A stretch of 17,001 bases of DNA. Origin: Gemmatimonadota bacterium. Its GTDB lineage: Bacteria > Gemmatimonadota > Gemmatimonadetes > Gemmatimonadales > Gemmatimonadaceae. The stretch is taken from NCBI GenBank assembly GCA_040389905.1, contig JAZJZK010000033.1, positions 1 through 17,001 of the forward strand, given 5' to 3'. The notes under the pieces are model-generated. The model did not search any database and had not been told where the DNA came from. It saw only the letters and a program-made list of their open reading frames with translations. Positions 1 to 10,525 of the stretch are shown here, piece by piece. Made by a program: the position numbers and the translations under genes. How positions within the stretch are numbered: the stretch's first letter is position 1; each line of letters starts with the position of its first letter.

Positions 1-56
1 ACGCCTTTCCGGTTCTTTTTGCTGCCTGCGGCAGCTACATCACGCTTGGGGTAGGG

Positions 57-1085
57 CTAGAGCCACTTCAATCGCTTCAACACCAGGATGAGCACGACAC
101 CAAGCCCCAATTGCACGCCGAACATGATCTCGAACCCCCACGGATGATGCGCGAGCGGGATGCGATCGAAGTTCATCCCGAAGACACCCGCGATGACGAC
201 GAACGGGACGCTCAGGGCACCGACCACCGCAAGGCTCTTCGAGACGGCACCGAGCCGATTGGACACCTGCGTCAGGTAGCTGTCGAGCGTGCTGCTCAAG
301 AGGTCGCGATAGCTGTCCAGCGCATCCGTGATGCGCAGCATGTGATCGTACACATCGCGAAAATACAATTGCGCGTCCGGCGTCAGAAATGCCGATGGCC
401 GCATCGTTAATTGACTGAGCACCTCTCGCTGTGGCGCAAGGTACCTGCGCAGGGAAATCGCGAGACGTTTGACCTTGAATATCTCCTGGAGCAACTCTTC
501 GTCGAATTGGCCAAATACGCGCTGTTCGATGTCGTCGATAAACTCGTCGAGCCGGTCGACGACGGGAAAATACGCGTCCACCGCCCCATCGAGTACGAAG
601 TGCGCAACGCGAGCAGGACCTCGGCTCAGCAGATCGGGATTCGATCGCAGCGTGCTCAAAAGCGTTTCCACAATCGGCAGCGATTGCGTGTGCGCCGTCA
701 CGATCGCGTTCTGTGTTACGAAGATCGTCAGGTTCGCGGTGGCGAGGTCGTAGGGATCGAGGGTCGATTCCTCGAAGCTCACCACGCGCGCAACCACGAC
801 GAGGAATGTCGGATATTCGTCTACCTTGACCCGACTCTCCGGATTGCACGCATCCTCGATCGCCAACGGATGAAAATGAAACACGTCCTTGAGCAGCGCT
901 GCCTGTGCCCGGTCGGACGTGTCGAGGTCGACCCAGAGAACATCGCCCTTCTGCGCGAGCGCGGCGATCATCGCCTCCGCCTCGAGACAGTCCTCGATGG
1001 TGCCGTCCGCGCGTCGCAGCACCATGCGCGGCGGCTCGATACGATGGGGCGGGATTGCGGCGGTTTGAAGAGAGGACCTGGCCAT
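57..1085 (-). CDS. corA: Magnesium/cobalt transporter CorA
   Basis: 342-aa ORF with CorA hallmarks: LWVDL, FHPLAIED, KVDEY, YFRDVYDH, and two C-terminal TM helices with the GMN signature (GVFGMNF). Start could alternatively be the downstream MVLRR. Confidence 0.95.
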   Translation of the reverse strand: MARSSLQTAAIPPHRIEPPRMVLRRADGTIEDCLEAEAMIAALAQKGDVLWVDLDTSDRAQAALLKDVFHFHPLAIEDACNPESRVKVDEYPTFLVVVARVVSFEESTLDPYDLATANLTIFVTQNAIVTAHTQSLPIVETLLSTLRSNPDLLSRGPARVAHFVLDGAVDAYFPVVDRLDEFIDDIEQRVFGQFDEELLQEIFKVKRLAISLRRYLAPQREVLSQLTMRPSAFLTPDAQLYFRDVYDHMLRITDALDSYRDLLSSTLDSYLTQVSNRLGAVSKSLAVVGALSVPFVVIAGVFGMNFDRIPLAHHPWGFEIMFGVQLGLGVVLILVLKRLKWL

Positions 1086-1131
1086 GGGTGACGCTAGCCT
1101 CGCAACGTGCTGTCCGGTAGGTCTGGCCCAC

Positions 1132-1161
1132 TTGAACTAACTTCGTCTCCGCGAGTAGAAT
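1132..1161 (+). promoter_or_regulatory. Putative sigma70-type promoter for the CAP lipoprotein gene
   Basis: TTGAAC (1132-1137), 18-nt spacer, TAGAAT (1156-1161), then 4 nt to ATG 1166; no Shine-Dalgarno sequence. Confidence 0.5.
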
Positions 1162-1165
1162 CGGT

Positions 1166-1681
1166 ATGCGACTCGTCTTGCTCATCTCCGCCGCGACCGC
1201 CCTGTGCGCCTGCGTTTCACAGACGACTCGCGCTCCGGAGCCGAGTGCGCCGGTGGCGCCGCCGACCACCCAATCGCCAGCGGCGCTCGTGGCTGTCGCT
1301 GAGGATGTCGTGATCCGAACCAATGCCGAGCGCGCCAAGCTCCGCCTCCCTGCGCTCATGCGGTCGCCGCAGCTCATGCGCGCTGCGCAGTTGCAGGCGG
1401 ATCAGATGGCCGCGCGGAAGACGATGGAGCACGACCTCCCGGGCGCTACGTATCCCACGATGACGTCGCGCATCAACGCGGTCGGCTACCAAATGAGCTC
1501 GGCCGGGGAGAACATTGCCGAAGGGCAGAACTCGGCCGAGAAGGTCATCGCCAGCTGGATGACCTCACCCCATCATCGCGAGAACATTGTCGCGACGCGC
1601 TTCAAGGAGATGGGCGCCGGCCTCGCGATGGATTCCAACGGCCGGCGCTATTGGGCCCAGGTGTTCGCGCGCCCGCGCTAG
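1166..1681 (+). CDS. CAP/SCP-domain (YkwD-like) lipoprotein
   Basis: Signal peptide with lipobox-like LCAC, Pro-rich linker, then CAP motifs TNAER, AAQ..A.QMA, GENIAEG, WMTSPHHRENI, YWAQVF. Confidence 0.9.
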   Translation: MRLVLLISAATALCACVSQTTRAPEPSAPVAPPTTQSPAALVAVAEDVVIRTNAERAKLRLPALMRSPQLMRAAQLQADQMAARKTMEHDLPGATYPTMTSRINAVGYQMSSAGENIAEGQNSAEKVIASWMTSPHHRENIVATRFKEMGAGLAMDSNGRRYWAQVFARPR

Positions 1682-1920
1682 ACTCGCTGCGCTTCGCCCC
1701 GGGCAAGCGCCAGGAGTTGCTTGCCGAATACGACGTGGACGCCGAGGAGGGCAAGGAGAACCCCCGCGACGCTGAACCACGCGATGAAGCGCGACGTCGA
1801 GTCCATACCGGCAAAGCCCGTCGGGCGGGTGATGAACAGGAACAGCGCGTACAGTGCGGCAATACCGCCACACGCGCCGAATGCACCGAGCCCGGCCAAC
1901 TTCGCGATCTTTGGTGGCAT
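1678..1920 (-). CDS. Small membrane protein (80 aa, two predicted TM helices), function unknown
   Basis: ATG at 1920 preceded by GGAG (ttggagattcatcaaATG); two hydrophobic segments (GIAALYALFLFI; FIAWFSVAGVLLALLGVHVVF). Stop overlaps the CAP gene stop in CTAG at 1678-1681. Confidence 0.75.
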   Translation of the reverse strand: MPPKIAKLAGLGAFGACGGIAALYALFLFITRPTGFAGMDSTSRFIAWFSVAGVLLALLGVHVVFGKQLLALARGEAQRV

Positions 1921-1948
1921 TTGATGAATCTCCAACGTGAGGCGAAAA

Positions 1949-1980
1949 GTGCAGATCCCTCGACTGCGATCGGGATGACA
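1949..1980 (-). repeat. REP-like palindromic repeat, copy 1 (TGTC-tagged)
   Basis: Reverse complement TGTCATCCCGATCGCAGTCGAGGGATCTGCAC is 30/32 identical to 12102-12133; ATCCC/GGGAT stem; lies between pdp and the small membrane gene. Confidence 0.85.
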
Positions 1981-1999
1981 AACGGTAGCAGGATGTTCC

Positions 2000-3325
2000 C
2001 TATGTTTCCAGAATCTCGATGCCCGCCGCGGATATCCGGTGTGACACGAGTGGGAGCGGCGGGTCGGCTTCATCCGAAATCGTGATCGCGGTCCGCAGCG
2101 TTGCCTTCCCGGTATCGATCCCAGCGCGGTCGCGCGCGAAGATGGTCGCCAGCGGCTCGCCGCTTTCGACCCAATCGCCCGGGCGGGCGGTGATCACGAA
2201 GCCCACCGAGAGATCGAGCGTGTCGTCCATCTTGTTGCGCCCCCCACCCAGCGCCGTGATCCCACGACCGATGGCGCGCGGCTCGACCCGCGCCACGAAA
2301 CCGCGGCGCGGCGCCGCAAACAGTTCGACGTGCGCAGCCTGTGGCAGGATCGACGGATCGTCCACCACACCAGGATTGCCTCCCTGCGCCTCGATGATAC
2401 GCTGAAAATGCTCGGCCGCGCGTCCCGTGCTGATCTGCCGTTCCATCATGCGTTGGGCATCGTCGCGGTCCTTCGCACACTTCGCGAGCAGCAGCATTTC
2501 GGCACCGAGTGCGTACGTGACACGCATCAGGTCCGCGGGCCCTTCGCCCTTGAGCGCGAGGATGGATTCTTCCACCTCGAGCGCATTTCCGCACGCACGA
2601 CCCAACGGACGATCCATCGCCGTGATCATGGCGACGACGGGACAGTTGTGATCGGCGCCGAGGTCGATCATGACCTGCGCGAGCTCGAGCCCCAGATCTG
2701 GAAGGAAGGCACCCGAACCGCGCTTGACGTCGAGGACCAGACCGGTCAACCCTTCCGCGAGCTTCTTGCTCATGATGCTCGCGGCAATCAGCGGGATCGA
2801 CTCCACCGTCCCCGTCGCGTCGCGCAACGCATACATTTTGCGGTCGGCCGGCGCAATTTCCGCCGTCTGGCCGATGAGCGCACAATTGAGTGTCTCGAGT
2901 AATTGCTTCGCGGCGTCAAGGCTGATATTCGTCTCGAAGCCGGGGATGGACTCGAGCTTATCGAGCGTGCCGCCCGTGTGCCCCAACCCGCGCCCAGACA
3001 TCATGGGTACGGCCACGCCCAGTGACGAAATCAGCGGCGCGAGGACGATCGAGACCTTGTCTCCCACCCCACCGGTTGAATGCTTGTCGATGCGCGGGCG
3101 ACCGAGATACGCGAGATCGAGGGAGTCGCCGCTTCGCAGCATGGCGTCCGTCAGGGCATGCGTTTCACCGCGATCCAGGCCGCGGAGGAAGCATGCCATG
3201 AGGAACGACGCCATCTGATAGTCCGGGATGTGTCCCGCGGCATACGCGTTTGCGAGCGCGCGCCATTCGCCCGGTTCAATGTGCCCACCGTCCCGTTTGC
3301 GCTCGATGAGCCTCAGCGCGAGCAT
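2000..3325 (-). CDS. pdp: Pyrimidine-nucleoside / thymidine phosphorylase (Pdp/DeoA family)
   Basis: Signature motifs IERKRDG, DKHSTGGVGDK, SGRGLGHTGGTLDKLESIPG, YALRDATGTVESIPLIAASIMSKK, LDVKRGSGAF. Confidence 0.93.
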   Translation of the reverse strand: MLALRLIERKRDGGHIEPGEWRALANAYAAGHIPDYQMASFLMACFLRGLDRGETHALTDAMLRSGDSLDLAYLGRPRIDKHSTGGVGDKVSIVLAPLISSLGVAVPMMSGRGLGHTGGTLDKLESIPGFETNISLDAAKQLLETLNCALIGQTAEIAPADRKMYALRDATGTVESIPLIAASIMSKKLAEGLTGLVLDVKRGSGAFLPDLGLELAQVMIDLGADHNCPVVAMITAMDRPLGRACGNALEVEESILALKGEGPADLMRVTYALGAEMLLLAKCAKDRDDAQRMMERQISTGRAAEHFQRIIEAQGGNPGVVDDPSILPQAAHVELFAAPRRGFVARVEPRAIGRGITALGGGRNKMDDTLDLSVGFVITARPGDWVESGEPLATIFARDRAGIDTGKATLRTAITISDEADPPLPLVSHRISAAGIEILET

Positions 3326-3388
3326 AGCATTGCGTTTGCAGCAGCGTACGACGTCATGAACTCTCTCATATACATGTCATTCTCGGCG

Positions 3389-4156
3389 ATGGCCCGCGCA
3401 ATCACAACTGCGGCCCTGCTGGCCTTGCCTCTCGGGCCCAGCGGTCTCTCGGCGCAAACCACCGACCATATCGCTCTCGGCGACGTGGATCATGCGGCGT
3501 TGAACGCCTCCAGCGCGCTGCGGCACTACGAAGACGCCATCAGGGCGGACCCGAAATCCTATGAAGCGCTCTGGAAGGCAACGCGTGATGCGGTGGACCT
3601 CGGTGAATTTGCTCCGGACGAAAAGGAGCGGGACCGACTATTCACCGTGGCTGAACAATATGCGCGTCGTGCGGTGGAGGTGAACCCCGCTGACGCGACT
3701 GGCCAGTTTCAGCTGTCGCGCGCGCTCGGGCGGCGCGCGCTCTCGATCAGCGACCGAAACCGTGTCGTCCGTTATGCCACCGAGGTCCACTCTGCGGCGG
3801 TCGAAGCGCTCCGACTCGACCCCAAGCATGCTGGCGCTTTGCATGTGCTGGGTATGTGGCACTACAACGTCAAACGCCAGAATCGCTTCATGTTGCTGTT
3901 CGCGAAGGCGTTTTTCGGCGGCAAGGTGTTCAATCTCGCCAACTGGGGCGACGCGCAACGCATGATGGAGGAGGCGGTGGCCATCGAACCGGCCCGGATT
4001 GTTCACCATCTCGATCTGGGGCGGGTGTATGCGGCCCGGAACGAGGCGCGGAAGGCGGCGGAACAGTATCAATTGGCTATTCAGCTCCCCGCAAAGGAAC
4101 TGAACGATCAGCACTATCAGGACGAGGCACGGAAAGAGCTCGAAAGAAACAAGTGA
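3389..4156 (+). CDS. Secreted TPR protein, RMDN (RMD1-3)-like
   Basis: Signal peptide MARAITTAALLALPLGPSGLSA-Q followed by TPR-like helices (YEDAIRADP, ARRAVEVNP, ALRLDPKH, AVAIEP). In-frame starts also at 3356 and 3374; the 3080 start overlaps pdp and is unlikely. Confidence 0.8.
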   Translation: MARAITTAALLALPLGPSGLSAQTTDHIALGDVDHAALNASSALRHYEDAIRADPKSYEALWKATRDAVDLGEFAPDEKERDRLFTVAEQYARRAVEVNPADATGQFQLSRALGRRALSISDRNRVVRYATEVHSAAVEALRLDPKHAGALHVLGMWHYNVKRQNRFMLLFAKAFFGGKVFNLANWGDAQRMMEEAVAIEPARIVHHLDLGRVYAARNEARKAAEQYQLAIQLPAKELNDQHYQDEARKELERNK

Positions 4157-4413
4157 TCCGTGCTGTTTCCGCCGCATCCGGTCACTCCGTTCCTCAACCT
4201 AATGACATACCCGGTTCTTTTTGGTCAATCCAGTGGTTTGGAAATTGCGTCCGTCAACTGACGCTGGAGTCCGTCTGCCAGCGTCCGTGCCTGACATACC
4301 CCTCGGAGCCGGTTCCGTGGGACCGTTTGCCCTGCCGGGCGTTCTGGCAGTCCGCCACTCTCCTGCGGATCGCCAGTCGAACCATTTCAATGTGACGCGG
4401 TGTGAGGCCAAGC

Positions 4414-4812
4414 ATGGCTAGCAACGGCAAGACCGTCCTGCTCGTCGAGGACAACGAGGATAACCGTATCGTCTACTCGACGATTCTTCGTCACTTCGGC
4501 TACGAAGTGAGCGAAGCACTCAACGGAGAGGAAGGCATCGCCAAGGCGCGGGCTGAGCTGCCAGACCTCATTCTCATGGATATTTCGATCCCGATCATCG
4601 ACGGGTGGGAAGCGACGCAGGTGCTCAAGCACGACCCGGCGACGCGGGACATCCCGATCATCGCACTGACGGCACATGCCCTCGCATCGGACCGCGAGAA
4701 GGCGATGGAGGTCGGGTGCGACGGCTATCTCGCCAAGCCCTGCGAGCCACGGGCGGTGGTTGCCGAGGTTCAGCGATTCCTTGGAAAGGATACCCCTGCG
4801 AATGCCGGCTGA
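4414..4812 (+). CDS. Single-domain response regulator (DivK/CheY-like receiver)
   Basis: VLLVEDN acidic pocket, DLILMD phosphoacceptor, ALTAHA, YLAKP; GAGG upstream of ATG 4414. Confidence 0.93.
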   Translation: MASNGKTVLLVEDNEDNRIVYSTILRHFGYEVSEALNGEEGIAKARAELPDLILMDISIPIIDGWEATQVLKHDPATRDIPIIALTAHALASDREKAMEVGCDGYLAKPCEPRAVVAEVQRFLGKDTPANAG

Positions 4813-5875
4813 CGGCCTGGTGAAAAAGACATCTGCCTCGCCAGATGAAAGCGCGTGCGTTCTTCTCGTTGACGATCACGAGGACAACATCGAAGTACTG
4901 CGGGCGCGTCTGGAAGCGTGGGGATACAGGACGGCGTCCGCATCCAACGGCCCCGACGCCATCGCGTATGTCGAGGGCAGCCCCCCGGACCTGATCCTGC
5001 TCGACTGGATGATGCCCGAGATGAGTGGCCTGGACGTCGCCAAGGTCATCAAGGGCAACAAGAGCCTGCCGTTCATCCCGATCATCATGCAGACGGCGCT
5101 CGATTCGACGGAGAACAAGGTCGAGGGCCTCGAGGCGGGCGCCGATGACTACGTCACGAAGCCAATCGATTTTGCCGAGCTCAAGGCGCGCATGCGCTCG
5201 ATGCTCCGCATCAAGCGGCTCCAGGAAGCGCTCGAGGAACGCGAGAAGGAACTCCTCGAGGTGAACGAGCGCCTGCGACACATGTCGCAGACCGACGGGT
5301 TGACGGGTCTCGACAACCGCCGGCACCTCAACGAGCGCATCAACGAGATGTTCGCGCACGCGCAGCGGCTCAACGAGCCCTTCGCCCTCGTCATGTGCGA
5401 CCTGGACAAGTTCAAGAGCGTCAACGATACCTACGGCCATCAGGCCGGTGACGAGGTGCTCAAACAGCTCGCCGTCATCCTGAAGGACGAGGCGCGCGAG
5501 ATCGACCGCGTCGGACGGTATGGCGGCGAGGAATTCATGCTGCTGCTGCCGGGTTCGACCGCCCACGACGGGACGACGTTCGCCGAGAGGATGCGAAAAC
5601 GCATCGCGGCTCATACATTCACGTTTCCCGGGGGGACCCTCACGCGCACGGCCAGCTTTGGCGTCGCAGGTTGGCCCCATCCGGCGATCGACCACTGTGA
5701 AGCGCTCGTGCGGACCGCCGACGATGCGCTTTACGTCGCCAAGGAAACGGGACGCAACCGTGTCGTCGAGTTCGACAGCGACGAGTTCAACGCGCACCAG
5801 GCTGAGCATGGACACGACGCCTCCCGACCCGACTTCAGTGCATCCGAGGACGGAGGAGCAGCAGTTCCCCGGTGA
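4802..5875 (+). CDS. Diguanylate cyclase response regulator (REC-GGDEF, PleD/WspR-like)
   Basis: Receiver (LLVDD, LILLD, TA, KP), coiled-coil linker, DGLTGLDNRR, DLDKFKSVNDTYGH, RxxD I-site (REID) five residues before GGEEF, ADDALYVAKETGRN. Start ATG 4802 (AAGGA upstream) or GTG 4820. Confidence 0.93.
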   Translation: MPADGLVKKTSASPDESACVLLVDDHEDNIEVLRARLEAWGYRTASASNGPDAIAYVEGSPPDLILLDWMMPEMSGLDVAKVIKGNKSLPFIPIIMQTALDSTENKVEGLEAGADDYVTKPIDFAELKARMRSMLRIKRLQEALEEREKELLEVNERLRHMSQTDGLTGLDNRRHLNERINEMFAHAQRLNEPFALVMCDLDKFKSVNDTYGHQAGDEVLKQLAVILKDEAREIDRVGRYGGEEFMLLLPGSTAHDGTTFAERMRKRIAAHTFTFPGGTLTRTASFGVAGWPHPAIDHCEALVRTADDALYVAKETGRNRVVEFDSDEFNAHQAEHGHDASRPDFSASEDGGAAVPR

Positions 5876-6629
5876 CGAGAGCGCGCGCCTCAGGGCGCGC
5901 GTTGCCGAGCTTGTTCGCGAGCGCGATCACCTGCTCGCCACGGTGGATATCCTCCAGGAGGCATCGGCGTCGCTGCACTTCGTCGATGTCCTCCAGACCA
6001 TCGCCCGCAAGCTCGGTGAGACGTTCGGGCTCGACCGGTGCGCGATCTTCCTCTCGGGCGACAAGGACGAGGTCCGCCTGGTCGCGAGCTACGAGGATCC
6101 GACGATTCGCAATCTCGTCGTCGACCTCAATCGGTACCCGGAGCTCAAACGCGCCTTCGAGAGCGGAGAGACCGTCTTTATCCCCGATGCCTCCACGGAG
6201 CCCACCCTTCGCAGCATCAGGACCACGCTCGACAATCGCAACGTCCGTTCGATCATCGTGGTCCCGATCCGTTGGGAGGGCTCGGTGATCGGCGCGATTT
6301 TCCTCCGCACCGAGCGCGACGCGGAGCCGTTCAGCGAAGCCGACGTGCGTTTCTGCCAGTCGGTTGCCTCGCTCACCGCCAAGGCCCTCCGCAACGCGCA
6401 CCGCTTCGAGACACTCCTGCACAGCCAGCAGGCGATGGACGTCGCGCGCCGAAAGGCCGATCTCCAGCGGGTCGCACTCGTTGGCTTCCTGCGCCGCCTG
6501 CTCGACCGGTATGCGCGCAGCGAAGAGCACACGTGGGCCGAGACGCTTCTGCCCAAGGCGGCGGACGAGGAGTTGGAGCGACTCGTGACGGTCGCGATGC
6601 AGGTCCTCGAGGAAGAGGCAAAGGGGTAG
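5808..6629 (+). CDS. GAF-domain protein with flanking helical/coiled-coil segments, no recognisable output domain
   Basis: LQTIARKLGETFGLDRCAIFL...RSIIVVPIRWEGSVIGAIFL...FSEADVRF..SVASLTAKALRNA is typical GAF. Start uncertain; ATG 5808 overlaps the DGC gene by 68 nt. Confidence 0.85.
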   Translation: MDTTPPDPTSVHPRTEEQQFPGDESARLRARVAELVRERDHLLATVDILQEASASLHFVDVLQTIARKLGETFGLDRCAIFLSGDKDEVRLVASYEDPTIRNLVVDLNRYPELKRAFESGETVFIPDASTEPTLRSIRTTLDNRNVRSIIVVPIRWEGSVIGAIFLRTERDAEPFSEADVRFCQSVASLTAKALRNAHRFETLLHSQQAMDVARRKADLQRVALVGFLRRLLDRYARSEEHTWAETLLPKAADEELERLVTVAMQVLEEEAKG

Positions 6630-8648
<2,019 letters not shown>

Positions 8649-8688
8649 CGGCACTGGCGCTCCGGCCGTCCAGGGGAAAGACTACGGA

Positions 8689-9252
8689 ATGGGTGACACG
8701 CGGATGGATCTGACCGGAAGTGGAATGGTGGCGCTCACGCGCGATGCGCTTGCCGCATTGCGGAATGCGCTGATGCGCGATACGGGCTACGCGGCAGCCG
8801 GCTACCTCCAGGAAGCCGGCTACGCCGGCGGTGCGGCGCTGTTCGGTGCGTTCAGCCAATGGCTGGCGGCCCGCGGCGCCGGCGCGCCTTCCGACTTGTC
8901 GATCACCGCGTTTCAGGCGCGCGCCACGGAGTTTTTTCGTGATTGCGGGTGGGGCGCGCTTTCCATCGGCGACCTGCACGACACCGTCGCGACGCTCGAC
9001 TCATCGGATTGGGGCGAAGCAACGCCTGATGCAGGGCTGGAACATCCGGGCTGTCATCTCAGCAGCGGCATGTTCGCGGACTTCTTTGGCCGAGTGGCGG
9101 ATGCTCCATTGGCGGTGATGGAAGTGGAGTGTCGCTCAGCAGGAGCCGAGCGGTGCCGGTTTCTTCTCGGATCGCCAGAAGTGCTGCAGCAGGTCTACGA
9201 AGGAATGGCGCAGGGTGCGGGGTACGAAGAGGCGGTCAGCCTTTCAGCGTAG
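8689..9252 (+). CDS. Stand-alone V4R-domain protein
   Basis: GWG motif, GCH...G...FF, and EVECRSAGAERCRF, the Cys/Glu pattern of V4R domains. ATG 8689 has GGGGAAAG upstream; alternative start 8704. Confidence 0.85.
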   Translation: MGDTRMDLTGSGMVALTRDALAALRNALMRDTGYAAAGYLQEAGYAGGAALFGAFSQWLAARGAGAPSDLSITAFQARATEFFRDCGWGALSIGDLHDTVATLDSSDWGEATPDAGLEHPGCHLSSGMFADFFGRVADAPLAVMEVECRSAGAERCRFLLGSPEVLQQVYEGMAQGAGYEEAVSLSA

Positions 9253-9271
9253 GGGCTGTCCGCGCTCGTTT

Positions 9272-9302
9272 TGTCGCCCTGAGCGGAGCGAAGGGCCCGC
9301 AC
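9272..9302 (+). repeat. REP-like palindromic repeat, divergent copy 3
   Basis: TGTCGCCCTGAGCGGAGCGAAGGGCCCGCAC has the same TGTC tag, GAGCG core and GCAC tail as copies 1 and 2, with a GCCCT/AGGGC stem; between convergent V4R and PRT genes. Confidence 0.7.
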
Positions 9303-9324
9303 CGCACGCAGTTCCGCCGCGAAG

Positions 9325-9852
9325 CTACCCGCCGATCGTCTCCCGATAGAGCGGATTCGGCACCAGCTCGCCCTGGAACAGCACCTCGCGGTCCCACGGC
9401 AGCACGATCGTACTCTCCGTGCTGAGCGCGTGAAAATCAGGCTCGTAGTCGCCCGTCTGAAAGGCGACCGCCGTTCGCACTTCGGCCGCGCCCGCATTCC
9501 GGATCGAGCTCACCGCGAGCCGCATCGTCGCGCCGGAGTCGCAGGTCTCGTCCACGATGAGCACGCGTTTGCCACGCACGGCCGACGGCGCTGCACCGAA
9601 CACGGCCGGCGTTTCTCGGACGACCTCCGCCTGATATCGGCGACTCACGACGATGGAGTGGAACTCCCGGTCCAGAATTGCCGCGATCACAGCGCCGGGA
9701 ACGACCCCGGCCGTCGTGATCCCGACGATGATTTCCGGATCGTATGAACGGACAACCTTCAGCGCGAGTGCTCGGGAGAGCTCACCGAACATCGGCCACT
9801 CGACCTCGAAGACGCCTTTGCTCTGCTCGTCCGTGGGCTTTCGTGGGGACAT
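9325..9852 (-). CDS. Type I phosphoribosyltransferase (purine PRT-like)
   Basis: PRPP-binding loop VLIVDETCDSGAT, IVGITTAG loop, C-terminal PDF...IVLPW. Confidence 0.88.
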   Translation of the reverse strand: MSPRKPTDEQSKGVFEVEWPMFGELSRALALKVVRSYDPEIIVGITTAGVVPGAVIAAILDREFHSIVVSRRYQAEVVRETPAVFGAAPSAVRGKRVLIVDETCDSGATMRLAVSSIRNAGAAEVRTAVAFQTGDYEPDFHALSTESTIVLPWDREVLFQGELVPNPLYRETIGG

Positions 9853-10069
9853 TATGGGTGCTCGCTGCGAGGGTGGACCTGCCTCTTCAAGCTAGTCCTG
9901 GGTCGGAGGTGCAGTAAGCGGTTCGAGCATTTGCCTCGACGACTTTTGCCCAACTCCGAAGAACGCCGTTGTACCCCCAGCGCCGTGGAATTATGTTTGC
10001 GGTTCATGGGCGTGCCGGCTGCCCTGGAGCGCCGTTGCTCTCCCCTCCCCTCGCTGCTCAAGCATAGAA

Positions 10070-10525
10070 ATGTCCTGGTTGAGCCGCATGCTCGGCGGCA
10101 AGTCGGATGACGGCTTGAAGCCGCAGCGACTCGATTACCTGAACGAAGCCCTGGCGCTGGAGCGTCAGGGGGATTTCGACGCGGCCCTGACATCCTATCG
10201 GCTCGCGTTGCGCGATCATCCGAACGATCCGCGCATCCTCCAGAACATGGCGATCGCGTTTTCGCGCACCGGCCGGCTCGATGACGCCGTCCGCGCCTAT
10301 CGGCGCGCGCTCGAGCTCGATCCGCAGCTCTCCGGTGCACACTATGGGCTCGCCTTCTTGCAATTGAAGCGTGGCGACCCCGTCGAGGCCGCTACGCACC
10401 TTCAGGCGTTCCTCGATGCGCCACCCACGGGCTCCGATGCAGACCGGTGGGTCCGTCACGCGCGGAAGACACTCGATGACCTGCGCGCACCCTCAGTCGA
10501 GCAGCCAGAGGAACCAGAAGCCTAG
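10070..10525 (+). CDS. Small TPR protein with N-terminal amphipathic helix
   Basis: About three TPRs (ALALERQGDFDAALTSYRLAL, AYRRALELDP, AHYGLAFLQLKRGD); N-terminus MSWLSRMLGG. Confidence 0.88.
   Translation: MSWLSRMLGGKSDDGLKPQRLDYLNEALALERQGDFDAALTSYRLALRDHPNDPRILQNMAIAFSRTGRLDDAVRAYRRALELDPQLSGAHYGLAFLQLKRGDPVEAATHLQAFLDAPPTGSDADRWVRHARKTLDDLRAPSVEQPEEPEA

Noticed and set aside
21..35. Hairpin GCTGCC-TGC-GGCAGC as the corA terminator
   Set aside because: On the corA (-) strand it is followed by an A-run rather than a U-run; short stem at the window edge.
1921..2073. N-terminal extension of the small membrane ORF to 131 aa
   Set aside because: Overlaps pdp and reads through the REP (CHPDRSRGI); a good RBS precedes ATG 1920.
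2680..2720. Possible pseudogenising lesion in pdp (short GAFLPDLGLELA segment)
   Set aside because: At most a small in-frame indel; reading frame and catalytic motifs are intact.
9853..10069. 6S RNA, SRP RNA, or c-di-GMP/purine riboswitch
   Set aside because: I could not match the consensus motifs or build a long rod structure by eye.
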